NCBI GenBank assembly: GCA_045803545.1
Contig: JBJMOW010000006.1
Span: 64,001-128,000 of the forward strand
Source of the DNA: Gemmatimonadaceae bacterium
GTDB taxonomy: Bacteria; Gemmatimonadota; Gemmatimonadetes; Gemmatimonadales; Gemmatimonadaceae
Reading direction: 5' to 3'
DNA: 64,000 nucleotides
Shown here: piece by piece, positions 1 to 10,564 of the stretch
Layout of the letters: every line of letters begins with the position of its first letter
Position numbering within the stretch: position 1 is the stretch's first letter
Translations under genes and position numbers: made by a program
Notes under the pieces: generated by a model
The model's database searches: none
What the model was told of the DNA's origin: nothing
The model's input: only the letters and a program-made list of their open reading frames with translations

Positions 1-2696
1 TTGCGAATCGCTCCTTCGCCTTATGCACACCTACTGGATCCGGTAAGACCACGATCGCCGAACTCGCGATAATCCAAAGTCTGTTTGGCAATGCCGGACA
101 CGAGTCTGAGCATGAGGAGCAAGCTCCCATTGCGATGTACATGACACCGAGCAGGTCGCTAGCAGCGGAAGTTGAGCGGAAGCTTGCACAGGTTTTACAC
201 GGTGTTGCCGCTGAGTCAGTCGTCGTCACAGGCCTTTACGGCGGTATTGACTGGGGGCCAACAGATGCTTGGCTGACGGCGGATCGGCCGGTCGTTCTCA
301 TATGCACCTACGAAAAGGCTGAGGCCCTACTGCGATTCATAGGTCCGCTCTTCGTCCAGCGTCTGAAACTCGTCGTCGTTGACGAAGCCCACACTGTTCA
401 GTTTTCAGGACGGGACGTTGATATCGCGGAAGCGAGATCGCTCTCTCTAGAATCACTGCTGACGCGACTTCTTGCTTACAGCGACAATGCCATTCACCCG
501 CGAAGGATGGTGGCTTTATCCGCGGTGGCTGGAGGCGTCGAGGACATATTGGCGAAATGGATTAGTGGAGACGAGACTGCGTCGGCAGTAACCGAGCCCT
601 ACCGTAGTACGCGACAGCTGATCGGCCGTTTGGAGTTCAGTGGAAACCGAACGTTTGAAATACAATACGATCTCCTCGACCGGTCACGTCTAATCTTTCC
701 TGGCGGAGCGGCGAATGATACACCGTGGATCCCTCGCCCAATTCCGTCGATGCCATTCGCCGGCAAGTGGGACAGTGCCGGGCCGGAGAAATCCATTCGA
801 CCAGCGCTGCTTTGGGCAGCGTTGCACTTCGCTGCCCCCGATATATCTGGCAATCGACGGGCAGTGATGGTGTATCTCCCGCAACAACCGGAGTATGTGG
901 CGAAGGATTTCTTGGAAATACTGACGCGTGAGTGGGCTACCGAGCGATTGCCTGCCGCCCACGTGTCGCCGCAAAAAGGGCCGGACCTCGCGCTTTGGAC
1001 GCAGTGCCTCGCATGCTGCGCGGACTACTTCGGTACATCATCTAATGAGTACGGGTTGTTAGAGCGCGGAATTGTCTTGCATCACGGCCGGATGCCAGGC
1101 CTCATGGCGCGCCTTCTAGTACAACTGATTGAGCGTCAGATTATTCATATCGTTGTTGCGACTTCGACTCTTGCTGAGGGAGTAAATCTTCCGTTTGAAA
1201 CTGTCTTGCTTGGTTCGCTCAGGCGCCGCGGGAAAGCAATAGCGCCAAGCGAACTAGCTAATGTCATAGGTCGCGCGGGCCGGCCGGGTTTTGGAACGGA
1301 AGGGCGCGCTTTAGTTGTTTTTGGGCAAGGAAACGAGTACGGACCCGACCGCGCGGTTTATCAAAATCTGCTGACTTCTTTGGCGAGGTCCGTAACAGTT
1401 TCTAGACCCGCGCGGAGCCCTTTGGCTGAGTTGATTAGGTCTATCCGTACCCGCTGGGAAGCCGCAACCGATGCTGATCCGAGTTTTTTTGAACAATGGC
1501 TCGAAGAGGTGACTGTCACAGAACCGACAGGCGTCCTCGCCTCAGAGCCTCAGCTACTCGCCGAAGTGGACGCGTTGGACAAAACGCTTTTGGCCGCGAT
1601 TACAGAACTGGAAGCAATCGACTCCGAACAAGTACAACGCGCTGACTTGGAAAGTCGATTAGCCGCTGTCTGGCAGCGCAGCTTCGCTTACTATGCGTCC
1701 GCAGAGGAGGAACGTTTAGGCAGCGCGTTTGTAACGCGAGGCGCGGCGCTGGAGCGGACGATTTACCCAGATGCGCATCGGCGTAGACGTCTCTATATGT
1801 CTAGTGTCGCACCAGGCGCAGCGGCTAGTCTTGTAAACTCCTTTGGAGATATCAAAGAGGCGCTGTCCGTTGGGCTCGAGTACGCGGAGATGTCTCCTGA
1901 AGAACAACTGGAATTTGTCCGTCTAGCAGTGGATCGGATTACTTCAGTGCCGACCTTCGGCCTCGGACGCCCGCCAGCGCGCACTACTTCTGACGACATT
2001 CTGGCGTGGTGGCTGCGCGCTCCGGGTTCGCGAGAGCCCAGTACAGCCATAGACGCCTCTAGATGGTACCAGTTTGTATCAACGAACTATTTGTGGAAGT
2101 TCGCGTGGGGACTTGGAAGCTTCATTGCGCTCGCTGTCAACGATTCTCATAATGGAGAATTACGCAAGACAGAAATGCAGGAATGGCCTGAGACCGGACT
2201 ACCATGGGTAGTATTCTGGCTCAAAGAGCTAGTTAACTGGGGGACTCTTGATCCCGTAGCCGCCTATTTACTGTCTCGCCAAGTGAGTGACACAAGACCT
2301 GAGGCGGAAGCGTTAGCGCAGTCTTACTACTTGCAATCAGATGTCAGCGTCCTCAGCGCCAACGAGCAGCTTGACGCAGGACGTGTCACGGCGTGGGCCG
2401 GAAGACTTGTGTCAGGTAAGACATCACAAGAAGTACGCCGCATACCTGATATACGGAGTCAACCACTTCGAGAATTTGGAGACACGCGCAAGCCTTTTCG
2501 CGTAATCCCGGTCGAACAACCACAAGGTTTATGTTGGTGCGATCCAGCTGGATTTCCGCTGGCCAGGTCGGAGCGGCCAACGGAGTGGAATTCTGCTATG
2601 ATCCAACAACTCGACTTCACACTCCATCCGGCGGACATGCGAATCGAGAGTTCCGTGTACCTCGCGCCGGATGAGACTCCAGCGGATCGGGCGTAA
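1..2696 (+). CDS. SF2 Ski2-like DEAD/DEAH-box helicase, 5'-truncated by the window edge (HamB/AbpB-like defence helicase candidate)
   Basis: The frame is open from base 3 and includes Walker A PTGSGKT upstream of the ORF-track start. It also has motif Ia PSRSLA, DEAH, the Ski2-type HHGRM, ATSTLAEGVNLP and motif VI IGRAGRPG. Confidence 0.9.
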   Translation, partial: ANRSFALCTPTGSGKTTIAELAIIQSLFGNAGHESEHEEQAPIAMYMTPSRSLAAEVERKLAQVLHGVAAESVVVTGLYGGIDWGPTDAWLTADRPVVLICTYEKAEALLRFIGPLFVQRLKLVVVDEAHTVQFSGRDVDIAEARSLSLESLLTRLLAYSDNAIHPRRMVALSAVAGGVEDILAKWISGDETASAVTEPYRSTRQLIGRLEFSGNRTFEIQYDLLDRSRLIFPGGAANDTPWIPRPIPSMPFAGKWDSAGPEKSIRPALLWAALHFAAPDISGNRRAVMVYLPQQPEYVAKDFLEILTREWATERLPAAHVSPQKGPDLALWTQCLACCADYFGTSSNEYGLLERGIVLHHGRMPGLMARLLVQLIERQIIHIVVATSTLAEGVNLPFETVLLGSLRRRGKAIAPSELANVIGRAGRPGFGTEGRALVVFGQGNEYGPDRAVYQNLLTSLARSVTVSRPARSPLAELIRSIRTRWEAATDADPSFFEQWLEEVTVTEPTGVLASEPQLLAEVDALDKTLLAAITELEAIDSEQVQRADLESRLAAVWQRSFAYYASAEEERLGSAFVTRGAALERTIYPDAHRRRRLYMSSVAPGAAASLVNSFGDIKEALSVGLEYAEMSPEEQLEFVRLAVDRITSVPTFGLGRPPARTTSDDILAWWLRAPGSREPSTAIDASRWYQFVSTNYLWKFAWGLGSFIALAVNDSHNGELRKTEMQEWPETGLPWVVFWLKELVNWGTLDPVAAYLLSRQVSDTRPEAEALAQSYYLQSDVSVLSANEQLDAGRVTAWAGRLVSGKTSQEVRRIPDIRSQPLREFGDTRKPFRVIPVEQPQGLCWCDPAGFPLARSERPTEWNSAMIQQLDFTLHPADMRIESSVYLAPDETPADRA

Positions 2697-2766
2697 TCGA
2701 TCGAACCCGGTAGCCGGAAGAAAAAGGGAGGTGCAGACTAAGCATAGGCCGCCTACCCTGGAACGC

Positions 2767-3804
2767 TTAAGGTCCCTTGGCCCCTCTCAGCTCGGCGACG
2801 AGGAAGTTGAGAGCCGCTACCAACAGGTTCGCCAATTCCTTTGTGGGCGCGCTTTCCCGCAAAGCGGCAACCGGATGAATGATATTGCGCCAACGCCGCA
2901 GAAGATCAGCGAGCGCGCCTTGGTTCTCTGTTAGGTACCCCGATCGAATAGCGATTTTTGCTAGGCGATCTGCTCGCGTGTTGGCGCGCCAGGATTCACC
3001 AAACTCGCGTTCGGCCTCCGCTGGCCTCATTTCCCAGACGTCTAGCAGCAAGCTTTCTAGACACGCACCAGCAAGTACAGCGGTCGCTTTCCAAGCCTCT
3101 ATTTCAACGGTCCGTGCAAGTTCTGCTCGGTCATACGAATACACGCCGTCCAGCAAGTCGTTATTAAGGTGGTAATCACTCGTCGGGACATCGGGAGTTT
3201 GTTCTTCCGGTTTTTCTGCGTTGTGACCGAGCGCTCGCGCAAGTCCTGAGTTGTCGAGCTGGCGTCCTTCAGCTTCCTCGTCGTCAATGGTCGCATGCAT
3301 CGCGAAGTAATCGTCGATCGATTTTATGTCTCTGAACCAGAGCATGCGATCAAGTGGCCGCAGGTAGAAATCCAGTGAACCGCGCGGTCCATACATGTCT
3401 GAGATCTGACCCGCGCTCCCAAGCATTTCTGATAGTTTCTTCGCTTCCAATTCAGAGAGTTGCAGCTGCGAGACTATCTCTTGCAGGGTGATATTTTGTC
3501 GACCTCGATCGATATACGCTGCCGCTATGATCCGAATCGCGTCGACGAAATGCTTTTGGTCGTCTTCGGAGTTCGCTCTGTTCGCGATCTCGCTGAGTTG
3601 AAGAATGCACCGCGTCTCATCGCCCTGCTCGTTGCAAACAATCCGGTCGGCACCGATCCGCTTCGCCAGCACTCGTAGATTCGTGTTGAAATGGCGCAAC
3701 TGGAGTGGCCTGAGGAGGGGCCATTCTCCGGAGGTCCTGAAGTGATCATATACTTCCTGCAGAAATTGCTCGGCAGGTAGTTCGCCCTCCGCGGAGCGCC
3801 TCAT
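2767..3804 (-). CDS. Protein with an unknown N-terminal region and a C-terminal HEPN/DUF4145-like domain
   Basis: The C-terminus AWKATAVLAGACLESLL...LLRRWRNIIHP carries an R-x4-H HEPN-type motif. The ATG at 3804 is the likely start. Confidence 0.65.
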   Translation of the reverse strand: MRRSAEGELPAEQFLQEVYDHFRTSGEWPLLRPLQLRHFNTNLRVLAKRIGADRIVCNEQGDETRCILQLSEIANRANSEDDQKHFVDAIRIIAAAYIDRGRQNITLQEIVSQLQLSELEAKKLSEMLGSAGQISDMYGPRGSLDFYLRPLDRMLWFRDIKSIDDYFAMHATIDDEEAEGRQLDNSGLARALGHNAEKPEEQTPDVPTSDYHLNNDLLDGVYSYDRAELARTVEIEAWKATAVLAGACLESLLLDVWEMRPAEAEREFGESWRANTRADRLAKIAIRSGYLTENQGALADLLRRWRNIIHPVAALRESAPTKELANLLVAALNFLVAELRGAKGP

Positions 3805-3972
3805 CGCCACCAAGAGGCAAAGGACTCCAAGCGCGGCGTAATCGCCAGCGCATTCTCGTAGTACACCTTCTTCAACACTTCATCCGGCAACCGAATCCCG
3901 TACAGTTTCCAGAACGCGTGATACCGACGGTAGCGATTGGAGTAGTCGTCATTCGACTCGCAATACGCGCCG
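3801..3972 (-). pseudogene. Degenerate 3'-end fragment (copy A) of the amidohydrolase gene
   Basis: Translates to ESNDDYSNRYRRYHAFWKLYGIRLPDEVLKKVYYENALAITPRL, matching the C-terminus of 18458-19660. There is a 1-nt insertion near its 5' edge. Confidence 0.85.
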
Positions 3973-3973
3973 A

Positions 3974-6277
3974 TCACGACTCGAACGCCTCCCACGCCCT
4001 GTGCACCCGCTGCATCAAACGCACAAAGCGCGGCTCACCACGGACATTCGCGAGGAACGGCTCGTGGACCGACAGGAACGGCCAGTTGATGTACCCGAAC
4101 TCCACAGCGCGCTCGAGGCAGTCCAGGGCCGCGTCGCGTTCGTCCACCAGCGCGAAACAGTCCGCGGCCCACCATGAGAAGATGTCGTCCCATCGAGCCG
4201 CGGCGCGAAGCTCGGGAGTGATGGTCCGTAGCACGCCCCCGCGATCACCGCGCAGCGCGCACGCCATCGCCGGCGCAAGCTGCGTCCAGGCCATCAACGG
4301 CGTCTCGCGCGCTACTGCGTCGAAAATGGTGATTGCTCCGTCGCGACGGCCGTTCGCTGCCAACATCAATGCGTGCAGCATCCGCTGTGTGGGGTTCGCG
4401 GGATCGATGTCCACGGCACGCTGCGTCCAGCGCAACGCCTCGTCGTAGCGACCGTCGTACATCTCGATCATGCCGTACATACCGAGATTCATCGATGTCA
4501 ACGGATCAACTTTCTGCAGACGCTCCATCAGCGCGCGCGCCAGAGAGACGCGACCCGCAACCGCGTAACCGTATCCGAGCCAGAGTAGCGCTTCGGGATC
4601 GTTTGGATCGAGCGCCAATGCCTTCCTGAAATCCTCCCTCGCGCCGGCCGGGTCTGCGCGGCTGTTGCGAGTCGCACCCCTGAGACCGTACCCCTTCGAC
4701 GACTCGGGATTGTGCGCGAACACTCTCGCGACGCACGCCTCGGCTTTCTCGAGATACTCTTCGTAATCCGTCACCGGCACGATGCCGACGTTGACGTGCT
4801 GCCAGTAGATCAGACCTTCGGCGGCGAGGAGCAGCTCGTTCTCGCCGACGATGTCCTTGGCCCGTTTCACCAGCTGCAGCGCACGCTCGAGCGACGGCGC
4901 GGTGAAGCTCCAGATCTGCTGCCGGGCGAGCAAGTACGACTCGTACGCGCGCGGGTCGGCGATGGGGCGCTCCGCCAGCCGCTTGTCCTCCGCTGGCGTA
5001 AGACGCAGACGCAGCGCATCTACGATCTGACGGGACAGTCGCTCCTGCATATCGAACACGTCGTCGAGGGTGCCGTTGTACTTGTCCGCCCAGAGCTGCA
5101 AGTCGACCCTGGCATCCACGAGCTGCGCGGTGAGACGGAGGTTCGAGCCGGACCGTCGCACGCTTCCGGTGAGCACGTAGCGGGCGCCAAGCTCGCGCGC
5201 GATCGTGCGAACGTCCTTGGTGGTTCCTTTCAGCAGCATCGCGGACTGCCGCGAGATCACGCGCAGCGTCCTGATCGCCGAGAGGTCGGTGATCAGCTCG
5301 TCGGTCAGCCCGTCTGCGAAATGCTCGTTGTCCGGCTCGGCGCTAACGCTCGCAAATGGCAGCACCGCAATCGTCGGGACCTCCGAGCGTCCGGGCAAAT
5401 CCCACGAACGAGTCTGCTTCGACGCGAAGCTATCGAGAACTGAGACAATTTCTCGAGCGTTCGCCGGACGGTCGTCCGGATTTTTCTCGAGACACTGCGC
5501 GACGAGATTGCACAGGGTCTCGGGAACGTCGGCCCGTCGCGACCGAATCGGCTCCGGCGTCTCGGTGAGCTGCGCGCGAAAGACCGAGGCAGGCCCGCGT
5601 CCGGCAAACGGAGACTCGCCCGTCAGCATCTCGTACGCGACGCAGCCGAAGGAATACAGATCCGCGCGCTGATCGAGATCCGGGTCGGCAGCGATCTGCT
5701 CGGGCGCCATGTAGAGCGGTGTCCCCAGCGTCATCCCGATTTCTGTCAACGCCTCGGCATCGGTATCGGACGAAACCCGCGATGCGAGCAGCGCCTTGCC
5801 GATCCCGAAATCCGAGACAGACGCCGTGTCGCCCGTGAGCAGGATATTGTCGGGCTTGATGTCGCGGTGGATGATTCCCTTCCCGTGCGCGAAATCGAGC
5901 GCGCGGGCCACGTCGCGCAGTACGCTTACCGCGACTGCGATCGGCATTGCCCCCACCCGCATCAGCCGGACGCGCAGCGACTCGCCCTCGACAAAGGGCA
6001 TAGTATAGTATGGGACTCCACCCGTCTGACCCGCGCTGAGGATCGGGACGATGTGTGGATGCTGGAGCTGCGCGGTGATCATGATCTCGCGCTTGAAGCG
6101 TTCGGCGCTCACTCCCGCGGCGAGATCGGGCGACAGGACTTTCACGACGACACGCCTGCCGAGCGCACGCTCCTCGGCGAGAAAGACGCGGCTCATCCCG
6201 CCGCCGCCGATCTCGCGATCCAGCGTGTACGCCTTTTTCAGCGTGGACTGCAGCTGATTCTGAAGGTCAGTATCCAC
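3974..6277 (-). CDS. Hanks-type Ser/Thr kinase with TolB-N-like domain and TPR repeats
   Basis: Kinase motifs IGGGGMSRV, VVVK, HRDIKPDN, DFG and YMAPE, followed by IAVLPF...FADGLTDELI and TPR-like helices. Confidence 0.92.
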   Translation of the reverse strand: MDTDLQNQLQSTLKKAYTLDREIGGGGMSRVFLAEERALGRRVVVKVLSPDLAAGVSAERFKREIMITAQLQHPHIVPILSAGQTGGVPYYTMPFVEGESLRVRLMRVGAMPIAVAVSVLRDVARALDFAHGKGIIHRDIKPDNILLTGDTASVSDFGIGKALLASRVSSDTDAEALTEIGMTLGTPLYMAPEQIAADPDLDQRADLYSFGCVAYEMLTGESPFAGRGPASVFRAQLTETPEPIRSRRADVPETLCNLVAQCLEKNPDDRPANAREIVSVLDSFASKQTRSWDLPGRSEVPTIAVLPFASVSAEPDNEHFADGLTDELITDLSAIRTLRVISRQSAMLLKGTTKDVRTIARELGARYVLTGSVRRSGSNLRLTAQLVDARVDLQLWADKYNGTLDDVFDMQERLSRQIVDALRLRLTPAEDKRLAERPIADPRAYESYLLARQQIWSFTAPSLERALQLVKRAKDIVGENELLLAAEGLIYWQHVNVGIVPVTDYEEYLEKAEACVARVFAHNPESSKGYGLRGATRNSRADPAGAREDFRKALALDPNDPEALLWLGYGYAVAGRVSLARALMERLQKVDPLTSMNLGMYGMIEMYDGRYDEALRWTQRAVDIDPANPTQRMLHALMLAANGRRDGAITIFDAVARETPLMAWTQLAPAMACALRGDRGGVLRTITPELRAAARWDDIFSWWAADCFALVDERDAALDCLERAVEFGYINWPFLSVHEPFLANVRGEPRFVRLMQRVHRAWEAFES

Positions 6278-6338
6278 GCGAACAATATGGCAATAAGGAG
6301 CGCGGGTGACCTGATAGCGCGGTGAAAGTCCTTAACGC

Positions 6339-6890
6339 GTGAGCTACTACGATATCCAGAGCGAACCTCCGACATCGCCGTCGACGCGCCCCGGTCGTCC
6401 AGGGGAAGTGAGCACGCGTGCCCCGATCATTCAGAATCTCACGCCGGCAGCGCTGGGAGTTTTACTCCTCGCGGTCTGCTCCGTTCTGTTTATCGTCGCG
6501 CAGTTGCCATCCGGTTACGGAGCCAGAGTAGGCCAATGGCAAATTGCTGTTCCACACCTCGCCGTTATTGCCTGCCTGGCATTCGGCAACCGACGGTCCG
6601 GCGACGCTCTGGCAATTCTTGTCGGCATTCCGTTTGGTGTGCTTGCATGGCTGGTTTACAGCCTGTCCGGACTCGGCGACAACCACAAGGACGGCCCAAT
6701 TGGGATGGCGTTCGCCCTGCTTCAGCTGTTGATGATTCTGTTCGCGGCCCACGATTCCAAACAGAACGCGACTGTCCACTCTAAGCCGATAAAACCCCGC
6801 CAGCGCCTGATCGGCCTCGCGCTGCCATTCGCGCTCCTTGTTCTCGCCTTCTCGGTAAATCAGCACTTCCTGAACAGTGCCAGGCGCTGA
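6339..6890 (+). CDS. Hypothetical integral membrane protein
   Basis: About 5 hydrophobic segments; fills the gap between the kinase and dodecin. Start codon is uncertain. Confidence 0.6.
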   Translation: MSYYDIQSEPPTSPSTRPGRPGEVSTRAPIIQNLTPAALGVLLLAVCSVLFIVAQLPSGYGARVGQWQIAVPHLAVIACLAFGNRRSGDALAILVGIPFGVLAWLVYSLSGLGDNHKDGPIGMAFALLQLLMILFAAHDSKQNATVHSKPIKPRQRLIGLALPFALLVLAFSVNQHFLNSARR

Positions 6891-6891
6891 T

Positions 6892-7104
6892 TTACTGGCC
6901 CTCGTATTTGAAGGAAACCTTCAGCTTGGCGCGATAGCTCTCGACTTTCCCTTCCTTCAACACCATGTCGAGCTCCGAGACTTCCGCGACGCGCAGATCG
7001 CGTAGGGTCTTCGACGCCTTTTTCACAGCGGCTGACGCTGCCTTCTCCCACGATTCGCTGCTCGTGCCAACCAGCTCGATCACTTTGTAGACGCTCTCTG
7101 CCAT
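6892..7104 (-). CDS. Dodecin (flavin-binding protein)
   Basis: 70 aa with VYKVIELVGTSSESWEKA...YRAKLKVSFKY; GAGGA RBS upstream. Confidence 0.93.
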   Translation of the reverse strand: MAESVYKVIELVGTSSESWEKAASAAVKKASKTLRDLRVAEVSELDMVLKEGKVESYRAKLKVSFKYEGQ

Positions 7105-7179
7105 GTTGGTATCCTCGCATGGATTGCTGGGCTAAAACTCGTTACGCGAGTCAGGATGGACAAGGTTGCCGCATCCGAG

Positions 7180-7655
7180 TTATCGCGCCCAGCCGGTTTG
7201 TGGCAATCGCGGCGTAATCTTCAGCGTGTTCTGGTAGTAAACCTTCCTTAGCACTTCATCCGGCAACCCGATCCCGTACAGCTTCCAGAACGCGTGATAC
7301 GGACGGTAGTAATCGAAGTAGTCGTCGTTCGTCTCGAACACGCGCCAGTAGTACGGGTATTCCTCCGGCTGATACGAGTCCTTGCCGAACAGAATTCGGT
7401 CCTGATACTTGATGAAGAAGTCGTGCGCCGCGCGCGGCTCGCGACCGATGTCGTAGAGCACCGCCCCGACGTCGACGTACACGTTGGGCATCTCCGTCAG
7501 CATTTTGCCAAGACGCGAGAGATCGTTGGCGTGCCATCCCATGTGCGCCGCAACGAAGGTCGTCTTCGGATTGCGACGGAATAGATTGTCCCGTTCCTTC
7601 ATCAGCTCCACGAAGTTGGGACGCTGCCTGCCGACACCCCACGATTCGGAAAGAA
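7180..7655 (-). pseudogene. 3'-terminal fragment (copy B) of the amidohydrolase gene
   Basis: About 142 aa with 8 substitutions (counted by eye) relative to the C-terminus of 18458-19660. It has no N-terminal part and a 1-nt deletion near 7628. Confidence 0.92.
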
Positions 7656-8047
7656 GCCCACTCGCGGCGATGCAATGATAGAAAACTGCAGGCATCTGCT
7701 AAGGAAACATCACCTTCGCAACGCCTCGGTTCGATGCGAAACGCACGCGCGACAAGACTATTGCCGTTTTCCTGAAAACTCCTATCGTCGATCAACCTTT
7801 TGGCGAGGCCCCCATGGAAAAGTTTTGCCATTGGTGCACGTGCTTTCAGGGGCTTCCTCAAGCGGTGTTGAACGTTTGTTCCAATGGTTTCAGTTGCATG
7901 GACCGCGTAGGGCACCGCTGGGTAGCCGCAGGCTAGTATCTCTGCCACCAACTTTTCTCACAACAGGTTCAAACGATGCGGGGGAATTAGCCGCCCACAG
8001 CGACCTGGTGTGGGGATTTTCAAAGCGTCGAACAACTCGGAGGTGAC

Positions 8048-10309
8048 ATGGTGAAGTTGAATCACGCGTTTCTCCGCCCACGTGTTCACATATGGCTTAC
8101 AGCCTTCACTATAAACTCTGTCGGCCTTCCCAAACAGGTTGATCCTCCTCGACTGAGCTTCGCCGAGAGCGAGCTTCGAGCTTCCATTGCTGCCGGGGTT
8201 GGTTCATACGTCGGACCAGTATTCGCGGCTGTCACGAGCGGTGGATTTCATGCGTGCGCACTCACTGACCGAGGCGATGCCTATTGCTGGGGGCAAAACA
8301 ATTACGGCCAACTCGGCGATGGGACTGTTTTCGCGCGACGCGGGATGGTTCGAGTGGTGGGCGACCATAATTTCGTTGCTGTCGCAGCCGGCGCTGATTA
8401 CACCTGTGGACTCACAGGCGACCACGCGATTTATTGCTGGGGCAACAACACGTATGGCCAACTTGGAGACGGATCCAATACGCCCCGTTTAGAACCGACA
8501 AAAGTTTCGGGATCGGCGTCCTACATCTCCCTAGCGGTTGGTTGGATGCATAGTTGTGGAACGGGATCTAGCGGAACGCAGTGTTGGGGCGAAAACAACT
8601 CGGGTGAACTCGGAGATGGAACAACCGTCAATCGTAATGTTCCGACTCACATGTCCTTCGCGGTCTCCTTTCCCCGGATTGTCGCGGGGGCAGCCCATAC
8701 ATGTGGACTTAACGGCACACAAGCATTCTGCTGGGGCTCCAACGCGTTCGGTCAGCTTGGTACCGGCAATATCACTGATTCCCATTCACCTGTTGCCGTA
8801 GCTGGTAACCTTTCGTTTGACTCGATTAGCGCCGGTACATCTCACACTTGCGCGCTATCGACCGACAAAACCCCCTACTGCTGGGGACGGAATGGGGGCG
8901 GGCAGCTCGGGGATGGATCGACCACAAATAGATTGGTTCCTACCGCCACGAGTACCACGCTAGCGTTCGTAGCGGTTTCAGCGGGCGGAGCGTTCACGTG
9001 CGGCAGTACGCTTGCGGCAAGTTATTGCTGGGGGAATAATGCCACTGGAGCAGTTGGAGACGGATCTAAAGCGTCGCGTCTTACGCCAACTCAAATTATA
9101 CACTTTCGCGTCATCAGCGCAGGATCCTCGCACAATTGCGGTGTTTCCATTCTCCACGAAGTACTCTGTTGGGGAGGAAATTACAACGGAGAGTTTGGAG
9201 ACGGCACTACTACTACAAGCTACCCCACGCCGGTAGTGATTTCTCCGATCAGATTTTCGAAAATCTCCATCGGACTCTACCACACGTGCGGCATCACCAC
9301 GCTGGGAGCTTTGCTGTGTTGGGGCCGAAACTATCTCGGTCAATTGGGAGATGGCACTACGACGAACCGGCCCCGACCCACGCTAGTTGCATCGTCTGAG
9401 CTATTCACCTCTGTCGCGCTCGGGCTTACTCATACCTGTGCCGTCACAGTGTCGCGGAAGGTGTTTTGTTGGGGGCAGAATAATTTTGGTCAGTTGGGTG
9501 ACGGTACACTCGTTAGCAAGAATGTCCCCGTGCAAGTGACAACACCGGTCGGAGGCGTACCAAAGATGGTTGCTGCCGGAGAGTATTCGTCGTGCGCAAT
9601 CTGGTCGCAGGTATTTTGTTGGGGGAAAAACCAACTTGGGCAACTTGGTGACGGTACGACGCAAGACAAATTGATCCCGACTGCAGTTCTCACAGCTGGG
9701 ATGTTTGGCACTCCAATAACGGTGACCGTCGGTGGTAGCTTTGCGTGCGCAGTAGTAAGCGTGCCCACAAATCAACCAGCGTATTGTTGGGGACGAAACG
9801 ATTCCGGCGAGCTAGGCAACGGTCTCCAAACCGCATCACATTCGCCAGCCCCAGTCGTTGGAGGCTACGCGTTCGCAGCAGTCGGCGCAGGCGGTGCGCA
9901 TACATGTGCATTAACGACAGCTGGTGCCGCTTACTGCTGGGGATTGAACGGGGCCGGTCAACTCGGCGACGGTTCGACAACAAAGCGATCAACGCCCACG
10001 AAAGTACGCATTGGCGCATCCTTCGCCTCAATAAGTGCGGGCTTAAGCTTCACATGTGGGATTCGGCTTGGGGGTGGCACATACTGCTGGGGTATACAAG
10101 ACCACGGTGAACTCGGTGACGGGACTACCGCTCAAGCTCTCACTCCGCGGGGAATCAGTGGCGCGTTTACCTCGATCACCGCCGGTCTTCATCATTCCTG
10201 CGGGATCACGCAAGAGGGCAGCGCATTTTGCTGGGGCTGGGGAGAATTCGGGCAACTCGGAGACACCAGCTTCAGCGACAGTTATTTGCCTTCGCAGGTG
10301 CTGCCGTGA
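8048..10309 (+). CDS. RCC1/BLIP-II repeat protein, 14 repeats (probably two 7-bladed propellers)
   Basis: 14 copies of the HTC...CWGxNxxGQLGDG pattern; GGAGGTGA RBS directly before the ATG. Confidence 0.92.
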   Translation: MVKLNHAFLRPRVHIWLTAFTINSVGLPKQVDPPRLSFAESELRASIAAGVGSYVGPVFAAVTSGGFHACALTDRGDAYCWGQNNYGQLGDGTVFARRGMVRVVGDHNFVAVAAGADYTCGLTGDHAIYCWGNNTYGQLGDGSNTPRLEPTKVSGSASYISLAVGWMHSCGTGSSGTQCWGENNSGELGDGTTVNRNVPTHMSFAVSFPRIVAGAAHTCGLNGTQAFCWGSNAFGQLGTGNITDSHSPVAVAGNLSFDSISAGTSHTCALSTDKTPYCWGRNGGGQLGDGSTTNRLVPTATSTTLAFVAVSAGGAFTCGSTLAASYCWGNNATGAVGDGSKASRLTPTQIIHFRVISAGSSHNCGVSILHEVLCWGGNYNGEFGDGTTTTSYPTPVVISPIRFSKISIGLYHTCGITTLGALLCWGRNYLGQLGDGTTTNRPRPTLVASSELFTSVALGLTHTCAVTVSRKVFCWGQNNFGQLGDGTLVSKNVPVQVTTPVGGVPKMVAAGEYSSCAIWSQVFCWGKNQLGQLGDGTTQDKLIPTAVLTAGMFGTPITVTVGGSFACAVVSVPTNQPAYCWGRNDSGELGNGLQTASHSPAPVVGGYAFAAVGAGGAHTCALTTAGAAYCWGLNGAGQLGDGSTTKRSTPTKVRIGASFASISAGLSFTCGIRLGGGTYCWGIQDHGELGDGTTAQALTPRGISGAFTSITAGLHHSCGITQEGSAFCWGWGEFGQLGDTSFSDSYLPSQVLP

Positions 10310-10564
10310 GAGGAGGAAAGGACAACTGTGTCCGCCACAATGATCCAATCAGCGTCATTTTTTTTCTGTGGCTGCGAAAGTCGCTCTCTCTTACCGGTCG
10401 GGTCAATGACTCGTGGAACGCGTCACCCGCGAACACCACAAGACGAGTGCGCAGTGAATTAAGGGGAGGCCTGCGCTCGTGGAAAGGAGCACCCGACTTC
10501 CCGGAAAGGCAGCTGGCTCAAAACGCCGACTGCCTTACCTTATCGCGACGCTGGCTCTCCTCGG

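Noticed and set aside
3974..6277. Kinase-TPR as part of the helicase/HEPN defence system
   Set aside because: It is separated from them by fragment A, has core-like codon style, and has a paralog at 21034 in a non-defence context.
7180..7695. 171-aa ORF as a functional stand-alone gene
   Set aside because: Its N-terminal residues are out-of-frame or non-homologous and it lacks the HxH metal motif, so it is treated as a gene fragment.
8200..10300. Regular repeats in the RCC1 gene as a CRISPR-like array
   Set aside because: The repeats are degenerate protein-level repeats within one ORF, and no cas genes are present.
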